The notes under the pieces are model-generated. The model made no database searches. It was given only the letters and a program-made list of their open reading frames with translations, and was not told the DNA's origin. The position numbers and the translations under genes were made by a program. From Octopus sinensis (taxonomy: Eukaryota), in contig NC_043003.1 of the NCBI RefSeq assembly GCF_006345805.1, forward strand, positions 85,622,001-85,686,000: a DNA stretch of 64,000 bases, read 5' to 3'. Shown here in pieces: positions 38,501-51,936 of this stretch (its first letter is position 1; every line of letters begins with the position of its first letter).

Positions 38501-41500
38501 AATACTTATGTATAACCAAACAAAATATCATGTTTTCACCAAAAGCAAGTTACAGTGAATGTTATAGGTGTTATACTTGGTATCTTCTCAATTGAGTGTT
38601 ACCTGTTCAGTCATGAATTTGGAGTGGAAGATGTCAGGCAAGCAATCTGAGAAAAATGGTATTGTCTTTGCTTGGAGCCACAAGAAATGTTTGAAACTCA
38701 TGTTAGTGTAAATAATAGTCCACCTCAACCCTTAAAATTATTTTGATGTTGCTGCTAAACTGATTTCTCTGTTTCTTTTTTTTTATAGTACTAAAGAGGA
38801 TGAGATCTTTGAAATGTCCACTAAGTTCCGAAGAGAAATGGATGAGATAACCAGGAGAGAGTCTACTTTGTCAGCTCAGCTGAATGGTAAAGAACTAGAA
38901 GTAATTGCTCTTCAGTCATCCCTAGCTGAACAGTCAGCTGCTCATGCAACTATTCGGGCAGACTTGGAAGTAGCTAAGGTGAGAAAAAATTAAATTAACT
39001 TCTAATCCAATGTTGGCAATTTTAATTAAAAAATTATTTATTTTTTCATTAAATTCTTAATGTATCAAAAATATGGGAAGAATTGAAATTTAAACTAAAA
39101 TTTTATGAAGAATTTGAACATTTTTAATGGTTGTGAATTTGTATTTTTGTCATTTTATATAAATTTTTTTCTTTTTGTTTTCATTTTCATCGAATTTCGA
39201 ATATGGTTTGAGTTTAAATTTGATCTTTTTTGTTGTTTTCTTTATCAATTTTGGTCTTTAAAAAACTTTTCACTTAATTATATTGATGTTTCAAACAGTC
39301 TCTGTACACTCATACACATACAAGAGACTGTTTGAAACTTATTATTAAGTTTTCAAAAACTGGAATTCGGAAAAAAAAAACAAACAAAAAAAAACTAAAA
39401 GCAATTTCTCAACCCCTTTAATACCAACCTGCTCAAGACTCCCTGGTGCCATGATACAAATTTCAATCATTGTTATCATCTTTTATTTAACATTGCTTGC
39501 GTGGGTCAGATGAAATTTGTTAAGGTAGATTTTCTACAGCCCTTCCTCTCGCCAAATTTTACTTGTTTCCAAGCAAACTATTATTTCTCATGCTCAGGTA
39601 TGTTTCTCTTGAAGGATAGGAAAAGAATAACATCATTTTTATGATGGTACTCCTTTATGCTCATCATGTTGATGTCAAGGCAAGGGTGCATACATACACA
39701 TATAGACAGTTGGCTTCTTCCAGTTTCTGGCAATATTAATCCATTTACAATGCTTTGATTGGCCTAGAGCTATAGCAGAAGAGACTAGCCCAAAGCACTG
39801 CGATGTTGATTTATACTTCAAACGCCAGTTTAACAATTTCAGAATTATTTCATTAGATTCTCTATTATTTTACAAATTAATTGAAAGAAAGGCAGTGTAT
39901 TTCAACAGAAATATGGTAACAAAAGTGCTAAATAAACTAAAATCAAAATTGAAACTTCATTTTAAATTAATGACAAAGAAAAAAATTAAATTAAATAACA
40001 GAACTATAATCCTCCCCCCCCCCCCCCCCGTAAAATGATATGTAGGTTTTGGATAGTATCATGTTGCAGTCTGTACTCAATCCCAATTTTTTTCAACTAT
40101 CAGAAAGCTTTATATTACTCTATGAATGAAACTAATGAAATTGCTTTGGACAAGCAAAAGCTTACAGTGACTGATATTCTTCTTGCAAAGATTCCCTATT
40201 CCATGGTTTGCTGCTGCTTTTCTGAACTAGTTAACTGCTTTCCATATCCATACATTGTACTTGACTCTTCTACAGGTGTTTTTTTTTTTTCACTTGTTGA
40301 ATCTGGAGGAAGAGGTAGTCCCACAGTCTTTATAGTCCTTCCAAGACTGGTCAGATTGTATCTCATCTCACAAATTCAATGCTAAAAATTGTTCAATCAT
40401 ATTCTTTTCCAAACATTGCAGTACTTTTATCCACATTTTCCCTATAGATGTCAACTTCTGTTACTCTCCTGTGGTTCAAATGGAAAAATCAACTACATAA
40501 GTATAGGAGGTCCTGCAAAGATTATGAGCACTGTTCTCCCTCTTCCCATGAGCAATTAAAAAAATGCACATTCAGTTTTCTAGAGAGACGACTGCACTGG
40601 TATGGTCATGTAATGCGTTTGACTGAAGACAGTTGCATCAAAAAATGCTGAGCTCTAATTGTGGAGGGAGCTGGTGCTGTGTAAAAACATCTAGTATACT
40701 CTGTAAAGTGGTTGGCATTAGGAAGGGCATCCAGCCATAGAAACCATGCCAAAACCAACATAGTCCAGATGGCTTTTCAGCTGGTCATCTCCTGTCATAC
40801 TCATGCCAGCATGGAAAAAGGATGTTAAGTGATGATGTATGTGTTCATCCCACAAGGCCCATACCTGATATGTCAGCACCCTCTTTTTCTCTCTTTCCAG
40901 CTCCACATTGATTATTCTCACCCACTCTTCTATAATGTGTATAGTCTTGTATCTCCTCCACCACAAGAAATTTATTCTGGTACTTCCTTTCACACTTGAA
41001 CCTTTCATCTCCTACTCTCTACTATAACCCTATTCAATTGAAGGGGGTCTTAAGCTTACAAATTACATGGCAACCTCTCATGTGCTGGTGCAATAGAAAA
41101 GCATCCAGTACACTCTATAGAATGACTGGCATTAGTAAATGCATCCACCTTTAGGAGTCATACCAAAGCAGATTTTGGTGTATGATGCAATCCTCCAATG
41201 TGTTGGGTTCTTTCAAACTATCAAGCCCATATCAGTAAGGAAGATGGATGTTAAAAGATGATGATATTGATACTGATGATTGACTTTCTCTTGTTTCAGC
41301 TCAATTTTGAATCTGCTCAGAAGGATATTGTTTCAAAAGGGTTGCACATCGATGAACTTAAACAAACTGTTCAAAACTTGGAAGCAATTATAGCAGATAA
41401 TAAACAGAAGATACTTGAGCATGAAACCGTTCGTCGCAAGCTGCACAATACTATATTAGAATTGAAGGTGAGTGTAATTTAAACACCAGTGTTAGCTTTA

Positions 41501-44500
41501 CTTTGATTATTCTTTTGACTTGCTCTCTGTTTTTGTATTCAGCTGATTTTCTAAAATCTGAATGTGGTTCTGTTGTCTCATTTTTTTTCTCTAGTTAGTT
41601 TCTATGTATCATATTACTTTAATCATGTCTTCTGAGATAAAGCTCATGAGAAATTACTTACCTGGTTACTGAATCACCAATCTTTAAATTTGATAATTGA
41701 TAGTATTTAATAGGTGCAGACATGGCTGCATAATTAAGAAGCTTGCTTCCAAACCATGTGGTTATGGGGTCGGTCCCACTGTACAGCACTTTAGGTAAGC
41801 ATCATCTACTTATTCTAGGCTGACTAGATCCTTGTAAGTCAGTTTGACAGATGGAAACTGAAAGAAACGCATCCTATATATATGTATATGTAAGTATATC
41901 TGTATATATGTATGTATATAGATATATGTATGTGTATATATGTATGTGTATATATATATATGAAATATAAATCCCATTCTGTGTGTGTGTATAAAATATT
42001 ATTACGGACATATTTTTCAACTGGTTTTCTTCAAACTGGGAACATACATTACTTACGTTCCAGAGATGGTTTTAGACTCTTTAAATTTTTCACATAATGA
42101 GGAACGGACTCCCTGGGGGCAGAAAATACCTGTTCCTGGGTTACGTGGACAAGGGAGATAACTCTTTGCAAAGTAACTTTCAGAAATTGGATTGTCTCCT
42201 TCACATCCATTGGTCATAAAAAATATTAAAATATTGTTTTTTATACTAGATTCACGTCTTTGAAAGTCTTTTTAAAATACATATTTCTGGTTTTCATGCA
42301 CCAGTGTTGTCTATATCTCTATCCATCTATCTATATCTCTCTATCCATCTCTGTATCTATCTATCTGTCTATGTCTTATCTGTATCATTTGTCTAACTAG
42401 CTAGCACTCTATATCTCACTCACTCTCTATTGTTTTCACTTCCATTTTTCAGACACTATTGTTTTCACTGTAAGCTTTCAATCGATATTTACAAACAACA
42501 ATGACAAATTACTGACAGAAGTTCACAATTACTGATGAAAGTAATTTCATACATTATTTACTGACAGAAGTAACTTACAAAAATTTCACTTAAATCCGTA
42601 CACTTATTTAATTTCCCTAAAAATTTCTTATTTATGTTTGCAACGGTTTTTGTGTTTTTCTGTTGTTAACTGCTTTTTTCGGGTTCCTTTGATACTGGCT
42701 TTTTGGTTCACTGACAAATTTCACTTCAAGCTGTACAATTCTTTTCTTTCCGTAAAACTTTATTTACTTTCTGCCCATTGTATTAAATATAATTTGTTAC
42801 CCAGTTATTTTCATTGTTTACTATCTTCTGCACCCATGTATTTCTGTATATGTATATAACCATGCCTAGAAGGAAAGTGTCAAAGTCAGCCAAAAGAATG
42901 TCTCTGTCCAGGGAAAGAAAGGCAGCTGTAGAAAGGGAAGCATACCAAGAAATGAACAGACTGTGCACTACAAAAGCCAGGGCATCTCAAAGTGATGGAC
43001 AGAGGTATGCACGGGTTACAAGGAATAGGATCTCCACTGCAAAATGAAGAGCAGTTGCAACAGCTCAGAGAAGCAGCTTCTATGAAGCTGCTTTCAATTA
43101 TGATCCAGCAATTCATTATGGAGATTGCACTAGAGTTTCCATTAGTGCAATGACAACTGAGTGCATTACATTGTAAAGCAAGGAGAGACACCTGCACTGT
43201 GCTGCAGTGGTGGAAAGGTTAAACTCTTTGCAATCCCCCAACCTCCAGAGCCCTTAAAGAAACTGTTGTCATCAACTGACCAAGATTCCAAGCACTTCTA
43301 AAACAAAATTAGACAATACAATACCGCACTATCGATGACATTATTTGGAGTCACAAAAGATATAACTGAGCCAGGATTCATGTAAACATTCAAAATCTAA
43401 GGTCAGATTTATCATTGGATTGGCTCTCTACGACCTCTGTGAAATGAATCGCCAAAATCAGCCTTTTATTGTTTATAATTTGTACCCGTGTCTTGGTTAT
43501 GAAATAAGCTACACAAAACGTGTTTTTGAATTATGTATATTTACTTTATATACATATATGAGTTGTAAAATTTCTTTTAACATTTCACTTAATGTCTATG
43601 TTCCATGTTGGCATCTCAGCTATTAGCAATTGAGACCTGTGTAATCTAGATGACGTTTTAAAATTTCATTATTCTCTTTAACCCAGGCAATGCCAGGTAT
43701 TTCTGTGTCCTTGTGTTTGTCTACCACCATTGCTTGACGACCAGTGCTGGTGTGTTTACGTCACCGTAACTTAGCGGTTTGACAAAAGAAACTGATAGAA
43801 TAAATACCAAGCTTTTAAAAAATGCGTGCTGGGTTCAGTACATTCGACTAAAGATTCTGCAAGGTTGTGCCCCAGCATGGCCACACTCTAATGACTGAAA
43901 CAAACGAAAGACAAAAGATGAAAGATACTTCATGTATTAACAAAAAGGGGGAAGGCAGATATCTGATGTCTGGAAAAAGTTTGAACTTAACTTTGGTTCT
44001 CTATAGATTTTTCTAAATTCAGATAAGACATTGTTTAGTGAGTAAATTTACAGTTGGCTACCATTCAATCTTAGTAGTGTAGAAGTTGGAATGGTATTTG
44101 ACCTCAGTCAATGTACTTCAGAAATTGTACTTTTAGTTTGTTATTTGTATTTTTCTTAATTTCTTTTTCTTTTTTCTTTTTTTTTGCTTGAGTTTAAAGT
44201 AAGTTTCATTTTCTTCTGCAGGGAAACATTCGTGTGTTCTGCCGTGTCCGTCCTTTGCTTACAGATGAAATAAACTCTGGTCAAGGAGTAATTAGTCACA
44301 TTAACTTCCCTGATGTTGATGGAAAGACAGTGGAACTTGAGAGTGTCTGCTCAAATACTCATAATGAAGTTAGTCACCAAGATTTTTTATTCTACCTTTT
44401 CATACTTTTCTCCCTCTCAGTCATGCTTCTGTTACTGTCTGTCTTTGAAAGTAATAATTGACTGGCTCATTTAATTTGGGGTATTTGTTTGACCCCAGGT

Positions 44501-45183
44501 CAAACAAATTTGATCAAGCAAATTTTGATAAGGTGTTCCAGCTGCAAGCAGTTCATCTTTCTATGTATCCATAACTACATTGTTTAATGTAACCTTTTCA
44601 CTTTTAAATTAATTAGTGAAGGTGTGTGGCTAAGTGGTTAGGGTGTTGCACTCATGATTATATAACATTGTGGTTTCAATTCTCAGGCCAGGATAGTGTG
44701 ATGTGTTCTTGATAAAAACACTTCATTTCATGCTGCTCAAGTCCACTTGGCTATAAATGAGCTCCAGCAATAGCCGAGAAGTTAACCTTAAGAGGACTGG
44801 CGTTCCATTCAAGAGCGGATAAGTGCCGTAATCTCGCTCATACACTATGGAACCAGGTTAATCTTTGGCTCTATGAGTCTTAGAGTTCAGGACACACCTA
44901 ACATGAAACCTAAGTAAGAGTGTGATTTGGTGAAGATTTGATTGCTACTTCTAGCAGATTCAATGGCTCACTAAAGGAATCTGTATTTATTACAACACAC
45001 TACTACTCTTTTGATTGTGAACTACTAAGCTTCATGTAGGAGCAGGACCTGTTGTTTACAGTTACACAAACTGGGCTCAAGCAGTTATGTATCCTACCTA
45101 AGAGTCAACCACAGTTATGTCTGATATCATGAACTTGTGTCACCAATAGTTATGCATCTTAACTTCTCAAACATTGTATTTGA

Positions 45184-45245
<62 letters not shown>

Positions 45246-48200
45246 AAAATATATTTGTGTGTCTGTATTCTGTTAATGAATTGCTATCAGAATGTCTTTG
45301 ATGATTCATATGATCATAGAGCATCTCTGTTACTCTTCTTGCGTTTATGGGTCACTTGTGCCGGTGGCACGTGAGCAAAACATTCGAGCGAGGTCATTGC
45401 CAGTGCTGCTGTATGTATATATGTGTGTAGGAATACGACCGTATGTGAGGAGGTTGGTGACATAGGTCTCCTTTGTAGCCACACGGTCGCATCCCTAACA
45501 AAATAGGATAAGCCATAATACAATTTATACAATACAGTGCCAACAGAATATAAATGAATGAGGACAAGCCATTCCACTGTTGAGAGAAGATAAGATTTTA
45601 TTAAGGTGTTAAGTTTAGAGGGTTGTGAGTGCTAGCAAGTGTTGTGTATGTGTGCATACAACAAGAGTTTGTGCCTGTGTGTTTGTGTGTGTGACAGATA
45701 CAAATAAGGTGAATGCATATGACACAGAAATACAGAGCATAGAGTTAAAGGTAGAATTTGGATTACCAGTTCATAAGGTACACGATATGCAAGAGTTCTA
45801 TAACAAGATGTTGTGGACATGAGGCAGAAGCCGGTTGGGGCTTCAATGCCGTGCCGAGTCTCTTAATACAGAATTTCTTCATTGGAAGGACTGTTATACA
45901 TGGTGAAAGGATTCACTCTAACAGCGTTAGTAAAACTGGTCGTGTTGGTGAGTACATGTCTGAAGTTGACGGCGGTAATGGCGATGATGGTGGAGATGAC
46001 TTGAAGTTGGTATGATGATGGTGACGACGGCAGCGGAGATAGAAGACGTTCTGTTGCGGGTGTACATTAGCGTCGTCGTAGCTGAAGCAGGAGCATGGCT
46101 GGTCATTTGTTGCTGGAACTGGAACATGTTGAGTAGGTCTGTGGTCAGTGACTAGACCTCAAAAGGTCTGAAGTCAAAAGACCAAGTATGCTGAGAGCAA
46201 TCCCTTATATACAGGAGAGATGGCCTAGGAAAAAGGGTGTCACGAGACCTTAACCAAAGGCCGTGATTAGTTGGCTTTGGACAGTGGCGCAAAATAAGTA
46301 GAGACAAACCGCGCCACATGTCAACCAATCAGATCAGTGGACACAACAGGAACAACCCAACCAAAGATGGCTGTAATCTCAAGCGAGATCATTCCCGTTG
46401 TGTCTCTCAAACAGTGAGGATATCAGATACTGCTACATGTGCGTGTGTTTGTGTGAGTGAGTTTGTATTTCTCTTTTCTTCTTTTGTGTTTGCTGGTTGT
46501 TATCAGTGGCCTCACTGACAATGTCATTTGTTTCTAGCTTTTCCAAGTTGTTTGTTGTTTCACAAATTGGGAGATTATCTTGCTTGGAAACAAATGCCAT
46601 CTAACCATAAAAGCTCTACTCTAATGTACTCTTGTCTGACACATGTAAGCTTGGAAAGTGGATATTAAACTGCTGTTGTTTGTTTGAGAGTACAAGGTGA
46701 AAGTGGTTCACCAATAGATATCTCCAACGACGAGGACTCTGCACTTAAAGTAGAGCCCCAAGAAATTACTATACTTGTTAGTCTCAACAACAACCACTGG
46801 ATTCCAGCTAGGCTATTTGTAGAGACTGAATTAATGGTTAATATCTTGCTTTATTAGCCACACAAGGCTGCACACAGACGGGACAGATTACAAAGTAGAG
46901 CTTTTCTTTTTTGGGGAGTGAAAAAAAAAAAAGAGGTGGGGTAGGTTTTCGATCAAAAGGGATCGTAAAAGGGAAAGAAAAGAAAAAAAAAACGATCAAT
47001 AGGGATCGTGTATCACAGTGTCATGATGTAAAGTGTAAAGGGGGAAGCAGATAAGGTTTATCCATGGGAAGAAAATTATCCATGAGTCCTATTTCTGTTA
47101 CTCTTCCCTTTATCATTTGTAGTCACTATGCTTCTTTGACTAACTTACAGAAATTTTTTGAAAGACCACCCGTATTATCTTTACACAGTTACTTAAGTAA
47201 CATCAATATTTCTAATATAGAGTTTGTCAACATCAGTTGCTGAGAAGTCCAGAAGAAAATTAAACTTTACATTTGACAAAGTGTTTCAGCCAGAAACAAC
47301 TCAATCGGAGGTCTTCAATGAAATTTCCCAGCTTGTCCAGGTATGATAGTATGTTATTGGAATTTGCAATTTGTTTTCTTTCTAAACGTCAAGTTTTATT
47401 GATTTCGTTTTCTTTTGTTTTACTAACATTGAAAATGATCTGATATGGTATTTTGAACTGGTATTGTTCATTTAATTTAAAAAGATGTTCAAAGCATTAT
47501 TATTTTTTGTTATTGTTATTATTTCATTTACACACAACAGATTAGACTGCTGGAAAAAATTCTTGATATTAGGCTGCAGCAAGTAACCTTAGATGCCAAG
47601 AATCTTCCTTAGTATCCTAGTTGCCCCTAATAATACTGTTTTCTGGAGCTGCACTAAACTAGGTGTTATGCCTATTTGCTCTATCCATCAGTTGAAACCT
47701 TCAGAATATTCCTATAACTACAGCAATACATTTTATCCCAACTTTCCATAGCCCCTGTAACTCAGCGACTCCCTAACACTTTGTTATTTTCTCTATACCT
47801 CTTGTATTGACTTTCACATCATTTGGGACTGTAAAGTTAATTACTTGGCACTTTCTATTCTCATTGTCTACCTTTACTAAATCAGTCCTTCTAGCTTCTA
47901 TTAATCTGTCCGTTTGGATGTTAAAATCCCACATCTTACATTCTTTATTTTCTAACACTTTAGTATGTTCATTTTCATACCACTTATCAGTATGATCAAA
48001 TCCTAGTTTCCTTCATAACTCCCGATGGATTATTCTCCCTAGGTTGCCATGTCTTTTCTTGTTTTCCTTCTGTGCCAGCATACTACATTCACTAACTATG
48101 AGTAACACTTTCTTCTTTTGATTTACATAGCCTGTATTGGAAATCTACGTAACTTTTGTCTATCTTGGCTTTTATCCAGTTAGTCCTAAATGCCTGATCT

Positions 48201-51200
48201 AACAGACTTTCTGTCTTCCTTTTCAGCCTTCCTTTCTGCAACTACAACCATGCCTCACTATTACTATTTTCTGAAACTATCTTTGGAAAACTACTATGCA
48301 AAGTCTTGTCTTGCCAGTCAGATAATCTTGTTTCTTTTTTCTGGGTTTTAACTTCATTTGGTTTTTTTTTGGTTTCCTTCTTTCCAACTCTTACTTTATC
48401 AGCTTTCAATAAAATTTCCTCTCTGTTACTTACATAAGAGGCTATATCTACTCTAGCCAACTCTACACAGTCTTCTACTGATACTAAATCTCTACCACCT
48501 TCCTTTCAAGGTAAATACAATCTTGCTACTCCTGCTTTAGAATGAAGTCCTCCGTTCATTTTGAATTCCTTCCTTGTTCTTCTGTCTAGATTTACTAATT
48601 CAGATTTTGTCCAATCTACAAAAGCTGCTGAATACCTAAGTAATAATAACAGTCCAAGTATTTACAACCCTCACTAGATCTGGACCATTTAGCTTTCACT
48701 TCATTAATTTCCTCATTCTTCTGATAAGCTTCTTCTCAATTTTCTCATTCATTTCTGTAGTTAGTACTCTGTCATATTCTAATACTCCTTAGATACTTAT
48801 AACTTTCTCCTCCCTTCAGTGATTTTAATGTCTGGATATCTGGTAATTGAATGCCTTTACTGCTGATTACCTGTCCCTTTTTTCTGACTAATATTGCATA
48901 CTTATCTCTGCCAAATTCTATACCCATGCTTTTATTATTACTGTTATTATTATTATCATCATCATCATCATTAGGGTGGCCAGCTGGCAGAATTGTTAGC
49001 ATGCTGGGTGAAATGCTTAGCAGTATTTCACCCATCACTACATTTGAACTCAGAACATAAGGGAACATAACTAAATACCATGAAGATATTTTGTTTGGTG
49101 CTCTACCAATTTTTCCATCTATATTCCCTGCCATTCATCTCTATATTGTGTATATAAATTACTTTATTATTTCAGAGTGCGCTCGATGGCTATAATGTTT
49201 GCATCTTTGCATATGGCCAGACTGGTTCTGGTAAAACATTTACAATGGAAGGTGGTAATGTACAAGACGAAGAGACGATGGGTATGATTCCAAGAGCTAC
49301 TATTCAGGTGTTTGAAACAGTTGAATTATTAGTTGAGAAAGGCTGGAAGGTAAGTTGCTATTTAAAAACCTGATACAGAAAAAAAAAAATCTCACATTTT
49401 ATGAATCTTCTTGGTGAGCATTCAGAGTATATAACTGATTGTGAATATTGGTATGGTTTTTTTTTCTGTTAAATTATGCTACCTTGTATTGTTTCAGCTG
49501 TTTCCTTAATTGAGTCAGTTGTCTAATCTGGTGTATGTCATTTCAACAGTGATTGTCTATCTTCATTTGAAATTTTTGATTTGATATTCTCAGGGGTTCT
49601 TAATTTGATTTGCTGTCTAGATCTGATCTACTAAATATCCCACTGGATGTTATGTGGTATCTAGTCCCTCTCTGACTACATAACTTCATCATTGTATCTC
49701 ATCTCACAATATTTTGGCTGGAATGAAGTTGTACTATATATATATATATATATATATGTTGCCAGCCTCGTCTGGCCTCTGTACCGGTGGCATGTAAAAA
49801 GCACCATCCGATCATGGCCATTTGCCAGCCTCACCTGGCAACTGCGCCGGTGGCACATAAAAAGCACCCACTACACTCACGGAGTGGTTGGCGTTAGGAA
49901 GGGCATCCAGCCGTAGAAACATTGCCAGATCAGACTGGGCCTGGTGCAGCCTTCTGGCTTCCCAGACCCCAGTTGAACTGTCCAACCCATGCTAGCATGG
50001 AAAGCAGACGCTAAACGATGATGATGATGATATATATATATTATATTAACAGCTGTAAATTGAAAACTGGGTTTTTGAATTCATTTGTATCACCTACCTA
50101 GCTGTGTTGTAAGTAGTTGCTTCCTGGTCTTTTAATGTAGTTAGATCATATAAGCTATATTCTGTTTATACCCATTTCCTTGAATCTCAGAGGAAGAAGT
50201 ATGTAAAGTTATCATTGGCAGGTTTAAATTTCAAATTTAGAAGGATGTTGCAGGCCTGGTTGTGGTTAAGTATATCTAGTTTGCAATGTATGATTTCTGA
50301 TTCTGTCCTATTGCATGGCACCATAGGCAAGTAGATGCAGGCTAAATGAGACCTTGTGAAAGAATTTGGTAGTTGGAAACAGTATAAAATCTGCTGTGCA
50401 TATCATCATCATGACTGTCATTTAGTGTCCACTTTTCGTTGGCTGCATGAGGCAGATTTTCTTTGGTTGGATGTTCTTCTTGTCTTCATTTCTCATCTGT
50501 TTCCAAGCAAGGTAACATTTTTTGATAGCTAGCCATGTTTTTCATGAAAAGCTGGAAATGAATAACCTTGATGATGATGCTCATTTACAACTATCAGATG
50601 ATGTCTAGATATGGTTACATGTGCGCATCTGGATTCTTTCAGTTTTGGTTAGGGCCTGTAGTAGAAAACACTTGCCCAAGGTGCAACTCTGTGAGGTTGA
50701 ACTGAAACCAAGACCATGGGTATTGTTAAATGTTGCAGTTATGAATTAAAGATATTTTTAAGCATTGGTACTTTGAATCTAAGAAATTATGAAATGTTTC
50801 TGCTATAAATTTAAGATGTTATTAAATGTTGCTGTCATGAATTTAAGATATTAGATACTCTGACACCCATGCAAGTATGGAAAGGTGGAGGACTTTAAAA
50901 CAATGATGATGATTTTGATTTTATCAGAAATGAAATCTGTGACAGCCTATTTTGGTTTCTGTTTTAAATGTTTGAATGACATGAAAAATGAGAGAAGTCT
51001 TAAGCTATATTTAATCAATAGGAAAAAGGTCAGGTTATTGATTTCTTCTTTAACTATTAAAGGACAAAGAATTGAAAAAAAAAAAAAGGAAATGAAAATT
51101 AATAAAAAAAAAAAATGAACAGTAAAGCAGAATAAAGCAATTTTTATCATGGAAAATATCCTGGTAGCATTTAGACTGGAAGCAATTTTTAAGAAACATG

Positions 51201-51893
51201 TCTTGAGGGATAAAAATGCAGAAAAGTGTGTATGAAAAGTAATAAATGGCATTTTAATTTTCATTTGAATGAGGGAGGCAGATTATTTAAGAATTTTCAT
51301 TCTTGATTTGTCAGTTGTAATTTTATGGAAATTGTGTGTGTGTGTGTGTATACTCAAATATCACAGCCATAAGTTTTAACTTTTACAAATCTGTTTTGTC
51401 AAACCATTTGATAACATAAAAGGTAACAATTATTTACTCGATGTTTGAAAAACTTAATCAGTTAAGTAATAGTACACAGATGTGGAGGCATTGAGGCTTG
51501 ATGGTTAGGGTGTTGCATTCATGATCATAAAATTGTGGTTTCAATTCCTAGAATGAGTGATGCAATTGTGTCCTTGAGCAAAAACTTAATTTCATGTTGC
51601 TCTATTTCACTCTGCTGGCAAAAATAAGTAACCTTGTGACAGACTGGCATCTTATCCAGAGGTGGGGGAATATATACACCACAGAATTAAAGAAATTGGT
51701 TTTATGAGCCTGTCTTGGGAAGGACCTTTTCGTATGTGTGTGTGTGTTTAGCAAAAGAGATCACTAGAATAAGTACTAGGCTTATAAAGAATAAGTCCTG
51801 GGGTCACTGCACTCGACTAAAGGCGGGTGCTCCAGCATGGTCACAGTCAAATGACTGAAACAAGTAAAAGAGAGTAAAGAGTGTCTGTGTGTG

Positions 51894-51936
<43 letters not shown>

